This document shows positions 1 through 8,797 of a stretch of 64,000 nucleotides of DNA, in pieces; positions within the stretch are counted from its first letter, which is position 1, and every line of letters starts with the position of its first letter. This stretch comes from Thermoanaerobaculia bacterium. GTDB taxonomy: Bacteria; Acidobacteriota; Thermoanaerobaculia; UBA5066. Under the pieces are notes generated by a model that was not told the origin of the DNA, searched no databases, and saw only the letters and a list, made by a program, of their open reading frames with translations. Where the stretch lies: positions 2,070,472 through 2,134,471 of the forward strand of contig JAXLQV010000001.1 in NCBI GenBank assembly GCA_046331465.1. Reading direction: 5' to 3'. The translations under genes and the position numbers were made by a program.

Positions 1-174
1 GAGGCCGCCGGCGACCTCGTCGAGCGCGATTCGAGAGTACTTCGAGTGCTTCGTCTCCAGCTTCGGCCGGGCGCCGAGCATGAGCTGCTCGGCTCGCCGG
101 GAGGCGATGTGGACGAGCCGGAACTTCGACTCGATCTGGGGGCTGGGCGGGGTCGTCTCGGGAGATTCGGTCAT
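1..174 (-). CDS. rpoZ: DNA-directed RNA polymerase subunit omega (first 58 codons; 3' end lies beyond the window start)
   Basis: Own translation of the minus strand from ATG at ~174 gives MTESPETTPPSPQIESKFRLVHIASRRAEQLMLGARPKLETKHSKYSRIALDEVAGGL, which matches the RpoZ core (R..LV..A..RA.QL ... AL.E). GGAG lies ~9 nt upstream. Classic gmk-rpoZ synteny. Confidence 0.75.
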   Translation of the reverse strand, partial: MTESPETTPPSPQIESKFRLVHIASRRAEQLMLGARPKLETKHSKYSRIALDEVAGGL

Positions 175-232
175 CGTTCTGGCTCCGGTTCCTGTTGATC
201 TGTCGTGACTTGGGCCCGCGATTCGCCCCGCG

Positions 233-865
233 TCACGCGGGGAACGTCCTCAGGATGGCCTCCAGCCGTTCCTGCCGCCTCCGGCGGCTCGAGCGGCGGG
301 CCACGACGATGGACCGCAACTCGTCCACCGCCGCGTCGAGGACGTCGTTGATTATTGCATAGTCGTACTCTCCGAACTCCCCCATCTCGCGGGCCGCCGC
401 CTCGAGGCGCCGGGCGATCGACTCCGGGGAGTTGTGGCCCCGGTTCCGGAGGCGCGTCTCGAGCACCTCCCGGGAGGGGGGGAAGACGAAGACCTTCACG
501 ACGTCCGGCATCCGGGAGCGGACCTGTCGGGCCCCCTGGACGTCGATGTCGAGGAGGACGTCGATCCCGGCGGCGAGCCGTGCCTCGACCTCGCCGCGGG
601 AGGTCCCGTAGTGGTTCCCGTCGTAGACCGCGTGCTCGAGAAAGCCGTCCCGGGCCGCCAGCGACTCGAACTCCTCGGTCGTCACGAAGAAGTACTCGCG
701 GCCGTGGACCTCCCCGGGCCGTGGGGGCCGGGTCGTGTGCGACACCGAGAAGTGGATCGACCCGGCGAACGCGGGATCGGCCAGGATCCGGCGGATGAGC
801 GTCGTCTTCCCCGCGCCGGAGGGGGACGAGACGATGAAGAGGTCGCCTGCGGGTCTCACGCTCAC
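233..865 (-). CDS. gmk: guanylate kinase
   Basis: Last 210 aa of track ORF 233..1465. P-loop SSPSGAGKTT, GREYFFV, YDGNHYGT. GTG at 865 overlaps the upstream stop (GTGA). The rest of the ORF is an Arg/Pro-rich shadow. Confidence 0.9.
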   Translation of the reverse strand: MSVRPAGDLFIVSSPSGAGKTTLIRRILADPAFAGSIHFSVSHTTRPPRPGEVHGREYFFVTTEEFESLAARDGFLEHAVYDGNHYGTSRGEVEARLAAGIDVLLDIDVQGARQVRSRMPDVVKVFVFPPSREVLETRLRNRGHNSPESIARRLEAAAREMGEFGEYDYAIINDVLDAAVDELRSIVVARRSSRRRRQERLEAILRTFPA

Positions 866-1722
866 TCCACGTTCTGGATCTGTTCCTTGAGCGCCTCCAC
901 GTCCGACTTCAGGTCGAGGAGGACGCGCGTCAGGGGGAGCTCGCGGGCCTTCTGGCTCGAGGTGTTCGCCTCGCGCTGGAGCTCCTGGGAGAGGACGTCG
1001 AGGCGTTTCCCCGAGGCCGCTCCGCCGGACATCAGCCTTCGCGCCTCGACGAGGTGGGCCCGGAAGCGGTCGATCTCCTCGGTGATGTCGGCGCGGTCGG
1101 CGAGGAGCGCCACCTCCTGCGCGAGGCGGGCCTCGTCGAGCGGGACGGACGCGGCGAGCTTCGCGACGCGCTCGCGGAGCTGCGCGAGGAGCCTCTCGCC
1201 GAGACCCTCCCGGGCCTCGTCCACCCGGGCGATCCCGGCCTCGAGCCGGTCGAGGATCGCTCCCAGGGCGCTTCTCAGCGCCTCCCCCTCGCGGCTCCGC
1301 GAGGCGTCGAAGTCCGCGAGGGCCGTCCCCGCGGTCTCGAGGATCGCCGCTCCGAGCGACTCCCCCGCCTCGTCCTCGCCGACCCGGACGACACCCGGGA
1401 GCGACAGGAGGTCCCGTGCGGTCAGCTCCGGGGGAAGGCCGTTCGCCTCCGAGAGCCGCCGCCACTCGTCCACGTAGCGCCCCGCCGTCGCCCCGTCGAG
1501 GGAGACGGCCCCCCCCGCCGGCCGCGCGACGCGGACGGAGAGGTCGACGTGCCCGCGCGCCACGGCCTGCGAGACGAGCTTGCGGAGCGGCGCCTCGAGG
1601 GCGCCGAGGTCGTCCCTCATCTTGAGCGAGAGGTCGAGGAAGCGGTGGTTCACGCTCCGGACGGTGATCGAGAGCTGCGTCCCGTCCGGGAGGGATGCCT
1701 GGGCGCGGCCGAATCCGGTCAT
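862..1722 (-). CDS. yicC: YicC family stress-induced protein (putative endoribonuclease)
   Basis: Last 286 aa of track ORF 862..3363, starting MTGFGRAQ. SVNHRFLDL motif and C-terminal EIDRFRAH ... GKRLDVLSQELQREANT ... DVEALKEQIQNVE, typical of the YicC N- and C-terminal domains. Confidence 0.85.
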   Translation of the reverse strand: MTGFGRAQASLPDGTQLSITVRSVNHRFLDLSLKMRDDLGALEAPLRKLVSQAVARGHVDLSVRVARPAGGAVSLDGATAGRYVDEWRRLSEANGLPPELTARDLLSLPGVVRVGEDEAGESLGAAILETAGTALADFDASRSREGEALRSALGAILDRLEAGIARVDEAREGLGERLLAQLRERVAKLAASVPLDEARLAQEVALLADRADITEEIDRFRAHLVEARRLMSGGAASGKRLDVLSQELQREANTSSQKARELPLTRVLLDLKSDVEALKEQIQNVE

Positions 1723-1727
1723 CGACT

Positions 1728-3617
1728 TCAAGGGCTCTTCTCCTCTTCGAAGGCGGCGAGGTCGTGGAGCCGGCGGTAGACGCCGCCGAGCGCGAGGAGG
1801 TCGGCGTGACGCCCCCGCTCGACGATCCGTCCGCCGTCGAGGACGACGATCATGTCCGCCCGGCGGACGGTGGAGAGGCGGTGGGCGATGACGAGCGTGG
1901 TCCGCCCCGCCATCAGGCGCTCGAGGGCGTCCTGCACGGCCCGCTCGCTCTCGGTGTCGAGGGCCGAGGTCGCCTCGTCGAGGATCAGGATCGGCGGGTC
2001 CTTCAGGAGCGCGCGGGCGATCGCGAGCCTCTGCCGCTGCCCGCCCGAGAGGCGGCCCCCGGCCTCGCCGACGCGGGTCTCGAGCCCCTTCGGCAGCGCG
2101 TCGACGAACGCCTCCGCGTTCGCGGCCGAGAGCGCGGCGCGCACCTTCTCCTCGGGGATGCCGTCGCGCCCGTAGGCGACGTTCCGCCGGACCGTGTCGT
2201 CGAAGAGGACGACTTCCTGGGTGACGAGCGCCATCGAGGCGCGGAGCGACGCGAGCGTCACTTCGCGGACGTCGACGCCGTCGAGCGAGATCCGCCCCGC
2301 CGTCACGTCCATGAACCGCGGCAGGAGGTTCGCGAGCGTCGTCTTGCCGGCTCCCGAGGGCCCGACGACGGCCGTCACCGACCCGCGCGGGAGGACGAGG
2401 TCGACGCCCGAGAGGACGTCGGGGCCCGAGGGGTAGGCGAAGGAGACCCCTTCGAAGCGGACCTCGCGCTCGAACGGGCCGAGCGGCGTCGCGCCCGGCC
2501 GGTCGACGACGAGGACCGGGGCGTCGAGGACCTCGAAGAGACGCCGCGCCGAGGCGAGCGCCTGCTGGAGCGCGAGGTTGATCCGGGTCGCGCGCTTGAA
2601 CGGCTGGTACATCATCACCAGCCCGACGCCGAACGAGATGAAGGCCCCGAGCGTCATCGTCCCCGCCGCGATCTTCCGGCCGGCGTAGCCGAAGAGGACG
2701 AGGAACGCGAGCACCGAGGCGGTCTCGACGAGCGGAGACGAGAGCGCCATCACGCCCGCCCCCTTCCGGAGGAGGCGGAACGTCCTCTCGTTCACCTCGC
2801 CGAAGCGCTCCACCTCGTACCTCTCGGCCCCGTAGGCCTGGACGACGCGGTGGCCGCGGAGCGTCTCCGAGAGGACGCCCGTCAGGTCTCCCATCCGCTC
2901 GCGCCCCGCCTTCGAGATCCGCCGGAGGCGGTTCGCGATGAGGACCACGGGGACGACGATCGCCGGGGCCACGACGAGGGCGACGAGCGTCAGCTCGGGC
3001 GAGCGAGAGACGACGAGGACGGAGAGGCCCGCGAGCGTCGCGATGGACTGGACGAGGTCGGCGAGGTCGGTCCCGAAGAGGCTCTGGATGCGGTCGACGT
3101 CCCCCGTCACGCGCGAGATCAGGTCCCCCGACGGGTTCCTCGCGTGGAAGTCGCCCGACTGGCCGAGGAGGCGCTCGTAGACGAGGGACCGAACGTCCCG
3201 GACGAAGGCGAGGCCCACGGCGTTGAAGCGGTACTCGGCCGCGAACGCGCAGACGTTCTTCAGGAGGAAGGCGAGGAGGAGGAGGATCGGCAGGACGACG
3301 ACGCGGTTCGCGTCGGTCACCCCGACCACGTCCTCGACCTTCGCGAGCCCCCCGTCGAGCCACCGGATGACCGCCGTCTTCCGCACCGCCTCGCCCGCGC
3401 CGAGGGCCTTCCCCAGGGTCCGCGCGGCGGGATCGGCCGCGAGCTGCTGCTTCACCGCGTTCGTCTGGCCCGGGGTCAGGACCTGGTCGAAGAGCGGCCC
3501 GAAGAGGTAGGCGACGAGCGTCGTGAAGAGGGCGACGCCGATCATCGCGAGGACCGCGACGAGGGCGGCCCTCGCGTGCGGTCGGAAGAGCCGCGCGAGG
3601 CGCGCGAAGTCCTTCAC
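1728..3617 (-). CDS. msbA: ABC exporter, fused permease/ATPase, MsbA-like lipid A flippase
   Basis: 629 aa from GTG 3617 (GTGA overlap with the lpxB stop). Six-TM exporter domain, then Walker A GPSGAGKTT, signature LSGGQRQR and Walker B ILILDEATSALD. Sits directly downstream of lpxB. Confidence 0.8.
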   Translation of the reverse strand: MKDFARLARLFRPHARAALVAVLAMIGVALFTTLVAYLFGPLFDQVLTPGQTNAVKQQLAADPAARTLGKALGAGEAVRKTAVIRWLDGGLAKVEDVVGVTDANRVVVLPILLLLAFLLKNVCAFAAEYRFNAVGLAFVRDVRSLVYERLLGQSGDFHARNPSGDLISRVTGDVDRIQSLFGTDLADLVQSIATLAGLSVLVVSRSPELTLVALVVAPAIVVPVVLIANRLRRISKAGRERMGDLTGVLSETLRGHRVVQAYGAERYEVERFGEVNERTFRLLRKGAGVMALSSPLVETASVLAFLVLFGYAGRKIAAGTMTLGAFISFGVGLVMMYQPFKRATRINLALQQALASARRLFEVLDAPVLVVDRPGATPLGPFEREVRFEGVSFAYPSGPDVLSGVDLVLPRGSVTAVVGPSGAGKTTLANLLPRFMDVTAGRISLDGVDVREVTLASLRASMALVTQEVVLFDDTVRRNVAYGRDGIPEEKVRAALSAANAEAFVDALPKGLETRVGEAGGRLSGGQRQRLAIARALLKDPPILILDEATSALDTESERAVQDALERLMAGRTTLVIAHRLSTVRRADMIVVLDGGRIVERGRHADLLALGGVYRRLHDLAAFEEEKSP

Positions 3618-4759
3618 GCGGTCCCCTTTCCGAGGAGCGCGAGGAGCGCCTCGGCCGTCCTCGCCGGCGCGCCGGGCGGTCCGAGCTCCTCCTTCCCGAG
3701 CGCGAGCCGGCGGCGCGCCTCGGCCGCGCGGGCCGGCTCCGAGAGGAAGCGCTCCACCTCGGCGGCGACGCGCTCCGGCGTCGCGTCGCCCTGGATCAGC
3801 TCGGGAACGGACTGCGAGCCGTCGCCCGGGTCGGAGAGGATGTTCGCCATCGCCACGTTCGGGACCCTGATGAGCAGCTTGCCGAGGAGGTAGCTGATCG
3901 TCGCGACACGATAGACCACGACCATCGGGATGCCGGCGAGGAGCCCCTCGACCGTCGCCGTGCCGGAGGCGACGACGAGGACGTCCGAGGCCGAGAGGAG
4001 CGAGAGGTGCGGTCCCGAGACGACCGTCCACCCCGCGAGCGCGTCGCCCGCCGCCTCGCGGAGGAGCTCCTCGGAGACGGAGTCGGCCCGGACGAGGACG
4101 ACGTCGAGGTCGCCCCGCCGGGCCGCGAGGAGCGCCACCGCGTCCCGGAGGAGCGGCAGCAGCTTGCGGATCTCGCCCTTCCGGGAGCCGGGCATCAGGA
4201 CGACGCGGCGGCGCCCCGCGGGCGGCGCGGGCGCGGGAACGGCGAGCTCGCGCTCCGCCTCGTCGACGAGCGGGTGCCCGACCCAGGTCACGCGCTCCCC
4301 GAGTCCGCGGGCGTCGTACCACCGCTTCTCGAAGCGGAAGAGCGTCAGGATCCCGCGCCCGAGCCGCGCGAGCTTCCTCGCGCGGCCGCTCCGCCAGGCC
4401 CAGACCTGCGGCGACACGTAGAAGACGACCGGGATCCCCGCCTTCGCGAGGCGCCGGGCGAGCGGCAGGTGGAAGTCGGGAGAGTCGACGAGGACGGCGG
4501 CGTCGACCCGTTCCGCGGCCGCGGCCTCCGTGAGCTGCCGGAGGAGCCTCCGCGCGAGGCGGATCTTCGAGAGCGCCTCGACGACGCCGATGATCGCGAG
4601 GTCCTTCTGGTGTGCGAGGAGCCGCATGCCCCCGGCGGCGCAGCGGTCGCCGCCGAGGCCGACGACGTCGAGCGTCCCCACGCGCTCCTTCAGGGCCGCC
4701 AGCAGCGCGGCGCCGTGCTGGTCTCCCGAGACCTCGCCGGCCGAGAGGAGGAGCCGCAC
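3614..4759 (-). CDS. lpxB: lipid-A-disaccharide synthase
   Basis: 381 aa. SAGEVSGDQHGA at the N-terminus, VDSPDFHL and YVSPQVWAWR, typical of the GT19 LpxB family. Confidence 0.9.
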   Translation of the reverse strand: MRLLLSAGEVSGDQHGAALLAALKERVGTLDVVGLGGDRCAAGGMRLLAHQKDLAIIGVVEALSKIRLARRLLRQLTEAAAAERVDAAVLVDSPDFHLPLARRLAKAGIPVVFYVSPQVWAWRSGRARKLARLGRGILTLFRFEKRWYDARGLGERVTWVGHPLVDEAERELAVPAPAPPAGRRRVVLMPGSRKGEIRKLLPLLRDAVALLAARRGDLDVVLVRADSVSEELLREAAGDALAGWTVVSGPHLSLLSASDVLVVASGTATVEGLLAGIPMVVVYRVATISYLLGKLLIRVPNVAMANILSDPGDGSQSVPELIQGDATPERVAAEVERFLSEPARAAEARRRLALGKEELGPPGAPARTAEALLALLGKGTA

Positions 4760-4763
4760 GGCC

Positions 4764-4955
4764 TCACCGCCCCCCGACGAGCGACATCGCCCACGCGACG
4801 GCGATCGAGCCGCCGACGATCGCCGCCCACATCCGCGCGAAGAAGCGGCGGCGCGCCGCCGCCTCGTCGCGCCAGAGGAGGGCGAAGAACGCGGAGAGGA
4901 TCGTCGCGAGGAGGACGAGGTGGAAGAGGTGGTCTTCGGGGAGGAGTCCCTTCAC
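4764..4955 (-). CDS. hypothetical small membrane protein (63 aa, two hydrophobic segments)
   Basis: Track ORF with a hydrophobic, non-shadow composition (LFHLVLLATILSAFFALLW, WAAIVGGSIAVAWAMSLV). GTGA overlap with the upstream gene and 4 nt from the lpxB start. Confidence 0.4.
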   Translation of the reverse strand: MKGLLPEDHLFHLVLLATILSAFFALLWRDEAAARRRFFARMWAAIVGGSIAVAWAMSLVGGR

Positions 4956-5338
4956 GGCTTCGTCTCCCCCGCGACGTCCCAGGCGTCGAACGCGAGGAGG
5001 AGGTTCAGGACTCCCGCCACGATGAGGTACGTCGTCGCGACCTCGTAGGAGCGCGAGAGCGGGTCGCCCGCGCCGAGCCCGGCCGCCCGGGCGAGGAGGC
5101 TCGGGAGGACGACGCCGTTCGTGGCGACCGTCGTCAGGACGGCCCCGGCGCTCCCTCCGGAGAGAGAGCCGAGCGTGCCGCCGAGCCCGAGGCCCACGGC
5201 GAACGCCGTCCCGACGAGGAGGAGGTAGGCGAGTCCCCGGGCGCGCCTGCCGGCCCAGGCATGGCCGAGCCCCGGCACGAGGAGGGCGAGGAGCACCGCG
5301 AGGAGACGGGAGGCGGTGGGCCTCGGCGGGCGCGTCAG
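4952..5338 (-). CDS. hypothetical membrane protein (LVPGLGHAWAG motif, 3-4 TM segments)
   Basis: C-terminal ~128 aa of track ORF 4952..5506 are TM-like; upstream residues are shadow. The start is uncertain: either CTG 5338 overlapping the HIT stop, or GTG 5296. Confidence 0.45.
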   Translation of the reverse strand: MTRPPRPTASRLLAVLLALLVPGLGHAWAGRRARGLAYLLLVGTAFAVGLGLGGTLGSLSGGSAGAVLTTVATNGVVLPSLLARAAGLGAGDPLSRSYEVATTYLIVAGVLNLLLAFDAWDVAGETKP

Positions 5339-5838
5339 GGGGCCCCCTCCGGCGTGCCGAGGCGCGCGCGGAGCCGGCGGTAGGTCACGCCGAGGTCCTC
5401 CGGGACGACGCGGGTCCCTCCGAGGACCGTCATGAAGCTCGTGTCGCCGTCCCAGCGGGGAACGAGGTGCAGGTGGAGGTGGCCCGGGACCCCGGCCCCC
5501 GCGCACTTGCCGAGGTTCAGGCCCGCGTTGAAGCCGTGCGGCGCGTACTCGGCGAGGAGCGCCCCCTCGAGCCGGGCCGCGATCTCCATCAGCTCTCCCC
5601 TCTCGCCGGGCGTCAGCTCGCGGAGCGTCGCGTGGTGGGCGTACGGGGCGACCATGACGTGCCCGTTCGAGTACGGGAAGCGGTTCAGGACGGCGAACGC
5701 GTGCCGGCCCCTCTCGACGATCAGGGCCTCGGCGTCGCCGAGGCCCGCGAGGTCACAGAACAGGCAACCGGAGGAGCCGGCGGGCGAAGGGCCCGTCAGG
5801 TACGCCATCCGCCACGGCGTGTAGAGGACGTCGTTCAT
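5335..5838 (-). CDS. HIT family nucleotide hydrolase/phosphorylase
   Basis: 167 aa. Histidine triad GHLHLHLVPR, a CLFC motif near the N-terminus, and NRFPYSNGHVMV. Confidence 0.85.
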   Translation of the reverse strand: MNDVLYTPWRMAYLTGPSPAGSSGCLFCDLAGLGDAEALIVERGRHAFAVLNRFPYSNGHVMVAPYAHHATLRELTPGERGELMEIAARLEGALLAEYAPHGFNAGLNLGKCAGAGVPGHLHLHLVPRWDGDTSFMTVLGGTRVVPEDLGVTYRRLRARLGTPEGAP

Positions 5839-6209
5839 CCCTCCGGGCGCGCCGAGACCGCCGGCGCGGCCGCCTCGGTCGCGGGAGCCTCCACGTTGAT
5901 CAGCTCCTTCAGCTTCTTCCCCGGCTTGAAGTAGGGGACGAGCTTCGGCGGCACGTGGACCTTCACCCCGCTCTTCTTCGGGTTCCGCGCGACGCGCGCG
6001 CCGCGCTGGCGGAGCTTGAAGCTCCCGAACCCGCGGAGCTCGATCTTCTGGCCCGCGCGGAGGGAGGCGATGATCCCCTGGAAGACCGACTCGACGACCG
6101 CCTCGGCCTGTTTCTTCGTCAGCTCGGCCGCACGAGCGACCTCTTCCACGAGGTCGGCCTTCGTGGTCGTCTCATCAGCCCGGCTGACGCCCTGGGTGTC
6201 GCGTTCCAT
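5835..6209 (-). CDS. HU/IHF family DNA-binding protein (IHF-beta-like position)
   Basis: 124 aa. LRGFGSFKLRQRGARVARNPKKSGVKVHVPPKLVPYFKPGK is the canonical HU/IHF arm. cmk-rpsA-ihf order as in proteobacteria. G-rich SD GGGGGGAGGAG precedes the ATG. Confidence 0.85.
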   Translation of the reverse strand: MERDTQGVSRADETTTKADLVEEVARAAELTKKQAEAVVESVFQGIIASLRAGQKIELRGFGSFKLRQRGARVARNPKKSGVKVHVPPKLVPYFKPGKKLKELINVEAPATEAAAPAVSARPEG

Positions 6210-6222
6210 CTCCTCCCCCCGG

Positions 6223-6249
6223 GGGGAGCGCCGCTGGACGGCGCTCCCC
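6223..6249 (-). terminator. GC-rich hairpin between rpsA and the ihf-like gene (attenuator/terminator candidate)
   Basis: ggggagcgcc-7 nt loop-ggcgctcccc, a perfect 10-bp stem. It lies 20 nt after the rpsA stop and just before the ihf SD. No U-tract. Confidence 0.45.
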
Positions 6250-6269
6250 GCGACGCCTCCTCGCAGGCG

Positions 6270-8039
6270 TCACGACCGTCCGTCTGCCGTCTCCGGATCC
6301 TCGCCGGCGCCCGCGGCCCCGGCTTCCGTCGCCGCCTCGCCTTCCGGAGCGGCCGGCGCTTCCGCCGCGGCCTCGCCCGCCTCCGCCGCCTGCTCGGCCT
6401 CGGACGGGTCGGGCTGCGGGACGTCGCGCATGGAGAGACCGATGCGCTGCTCCTCGACCTCGATGCGGAGGATCCGCACGCGGATCGCCTCGCCCTCGCG
6501 GAAGACGTCGGTGAGCTTCTGCCCGCGGAGGACGTCCGTCTCGGAGACGTGCATGAGGCCCTCGAGGCCGAGCGGCAGCCGGACGAAGACGCCGAAGTCG
6601 GCGACCTTCGCGACCTGCCCGTCGACGACGTCGCCGGGCTTGTGCTCGCGCGAGAACTCCTCCCACTCGTTCGGGCGGAATTCCTTGATCGAGAGGCTGA
6701 TCCGGCGGTTCTCGACGTCGATCGCCGTGAGGACGGCCTGGATCTGGTCGCCCTTCTTCAGCACCTCGGAGGGGTGCTTCACGCGGCGGCCCCAGGACAT
6801 GTCGGAGATGTGGACGAGGCCGTCGATCCCCTCCTCGATCTCGACGAACGCGCCGAAGTCGGTGAGGTTGCGGACGACGCCCTGGATCCGGTCGCCGATG
6901 CGGTACTTCTCCGCGAGCATCTCCCACGGGTTCGGCTCGGTCGCGCGGAGCGAGAGCGAGAGCCGGCGGGTCTCCGGGTTCACGTCGGCGATGACCGCCT
7001 CGACGGTGTCGCCCACGGTGAGGAGCTTCGAGGGGTTCTTGACCTTCTTCGTCCACGACATCTCGCTGACGTGGATGAGGCCCTCGACGCCCTCCTCGAG
7101 CTCGACGAAGGCGCCGTAGTCGGTGAGCGAGACGACCTTGCCGCGGACGCGGGCGCCGACCGGGTAGTGCGCCGGCAGGTCCTGCCACGGGTCGGGCTTG
7201 AGCTGCTTCATCCCGAGGGAGATGCGGCCCGACTCGGCGTCGAACTTGAGGACCTTGACCTCGACCTCCTGGCCGACGTGGAGCGCCTCGGACGGGTGCC
7301 CGAGCCGGCCCCACGAGATGTCGGTCACGTGGAGGAGGCCGTCGATGCCCCCGAGGTCGACGAAGGCGCCGTACTCGGTGAGGTTCTTCACGACGCCGTG
7401 GAGGGTGCGGCCGTCGGCGAGCGCCTGGGCGGCTTCCTGCTTCTTCCCCTCGGCGACCTCTTCCATGAGCGCCTTGCGCGAGAGGACGATGTTGCCGCGC
7501 TTCTTGTCGAAGCTCACGATGCGGAACTCGAGCTCGCGGCCGCGCAGGACGTCGAGGTTCTTCAGCGGGCGGATGTCGGCGAGCGAGCCGGGGAGGAACG
7601 CCCTCACGCCGATGTCGACCGAGAGGCCGCCCTTCACGCGCTCGAGGACCTTCCCCTTGACGGCCTGGTTGTCCTTGAACGAGACCTCGATGGAATCCCA
7701 GGCGCGGATCCGGCGCGCCTTCTCGTGCGAGAGGACGACGTAGCCCGAGGCGTCCTCGCGCCGGTCGACGATCGCGTCGATCTCCTGGCCGGCATGCGGG
7801 AGCCGGTCGGGGGCGTGCGCGAACTCCGAACGAGGAATCATCCCCTCCGACTTGTACCCGATGTCGACGAGGATCTCGTCGTTCGTGACCTGGATGACAC
7901 GCCCGCGGATCAGCTCCCCCTCGGCGAGGGAGCGCTCGCTCTCTGCGAGCAGCCTCGCGAACTCCCCGTTCGCGTCGGCAGCCTCCTCCGGCTTCCGAAT
8001 GGGCGTGATCTTCTGGTCCTCCGACGGCATGAATTCCAC
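6270..8039 (-). CDS. rpsA: 30S ribosomal protein S1
   Basis: 589 aa with six S1/OB repeats (recurring G.V..V..FGAFV.L..G.EGL.H.SE). Acidic Ala/Glu-rich C-terminal tail. Confidence 0.95.
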   Translation of the reverse strand: MEFMPSEDQKITPIRKPEEAADANGEFARLLAESERSLAEGELIRGRVIQVTNDEILVDIGYKSEGMIPRSEFAHAPDRLPHAGQEIDAIVDRREDASGYVVLSHEKARRIRAWDSIEVSFKDNQAVKGKVLERVKGGLSVDIGVRAFLPGSLADIRPLKNLDVLRGRELEFRIVSFDKKRGNIVLSRKALMEEVAEGKKQEAAQALADGRTLHGVVKNLTEYGAFVDLGGIDGLLHVTDISWGRLGHPSEALHVGQEVEVKVLKFDAESGRISLGMKQLKPDPWQDLPAHYPVGARVRGKVVSLTDYGAFVELEEGVEGLIHVSEMSWTKKVKNPSKLLTVGDTVEAVIADVNPETRRLSLSLRATEPNPWEMLAEKYRIGDRIQGVVRNLTDFGAFVEIEEGIDGLVHISDMSWGRRVKHPSEVLKKGDQIQAVLTAIDVENRRISLSIKEFRPNEWEEFSREHKPGDVVDGQVAKVADFGVFVRLPLGLEGLMHVSETDVLRGQKLTDVFREGEAIRVRILRIEVEEQRIGLSMRDVPQPDPSEAEQAAEAGEAAAEAPAAPEGEAATEAGAAGAGEDPETADGRS

Positions 8040-8097
8040 CTTCTCGAGGGCTCGCGGAGACGGCTCAATGGTCTTGAGTTAGCGGCCCGAACCGGGA

Positions 8098-8126
8098 ATG
8101 TTAGACGTACGGTCCCGACAGGTCAA
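8098..8126 (-). promoter_or_regulatory. sigma70-like promoter for rpsA (TTGACC-17-TAACAT)
   Basis: Minus-strand TTGACC (8126..8121, contains the cmk stop TGA), a 17-nt spacer, then TAACAT (8103..8098). Leaves a ~55-nt leader ending in AAGGTGG before the ATG. Confidence 0.45.
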
Positions 8127-8797
8127 CCGGCTCGCGCCCCGGCGACGAGCTCCTGGAGCCTCTCGGCCACCTCTTCCGCGTTCATGTCGGAGGTGTCGAC
8201 GACGACGTACGTCTCGTCGCACGAGAGGGGGGAGTCCGCACGGGAGGAGTCGGCGCGGTCCCGGGCCTCCATCTCGGCCCGGACGGCGCCCAGATCCTGG
8301 GGCGTCCCCTTCCGGAGGAGCTCGTCGAACCGGCGCCGGGCCCTGATCTCCGGGCGCGCCGTCAGGAAGAACTTCGCGGTCGCCTCGGGAACGACCTTCG
8401 TCCCGATGTCGCGTCCCTCGAGGACGCCGCCCCCCGCGAGCGCCATCTCCCGCTGGCGTGCCGCGAGGCGGCGCCGGACGCGCGGGATCGCCGCCACCGC
8501 GGAGGCGTAGCGGGAGACCTCGGGCTCGCGGATCTCGACGGAGACGTCCTCGCCGTCCAGGAACGTCCGTGCGTCGCCGCCCGCGCCCGTGACCCGGACC
8601 TCCGCGCGCTCGCAGAGGTCCGCGACCCGTTCGGGGTCCCCGATCGGCAGGCCGATTCCGTTCCGCCTCGCGAGGAGGCCGATCGCCCGGTACATCGCGC
8701 CGGTGTCGAGGTAGGGGACTCCGAGCCGCGCCGCGAGGGCCTTCCCCACCGTCGACTTCCCGACGCCCGAAGGCCCGTCGATGGCGACGACGGTCAT
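8123..8797 (-). CDS. cmk: cytidylate kinase
   Basis: Last 224 aa of track ORF 8123..9652. IDGPSGVGKST P-loop, LDTGAMYR, EGRDIGT. ATGA overlap with the hisC stop. Confidence 0.9.
   Translation of the reverse strand: MTVVAIDGPSGVGKSTVGKALAARLGVPYLDTGAMYRAIGLLARRNGIGLPIGDPERVADLCERAEVRVTGAGGDARTFLDGEDVSVEIREPEVSRYASAVAAIPRVRRRLAARQREMALAGGGVLEGRDIGTKVVPEATAKFFLTARPEIRARRRFDELLRKGTPQDLGAVRAEMEARDRADSSRADSPLSCDETYVVVDTSDMNAEEVAERLQELVAGARAG

Noticed and set aside
4920-5341. Apparent one-base discrepancies between my hand count and the ORF track, in homopolymer runs at line breaks (~4920/4921, 4980/4981, 5281, 5340/5341, also ~14241). If real, they would imply frameshifts in the small membrane ORFs or the HIT gene.
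   Set aside because: The track translations are mutually consistent in three frames across these sites, and the discrepancies cancel within 60 nt. The most likely cause is my own counting error. No frameshift or pseudogene is claimed. The consequence is +/-2 nt uncertainty on hand-placed RNA, promoter and hairpin coordinates.
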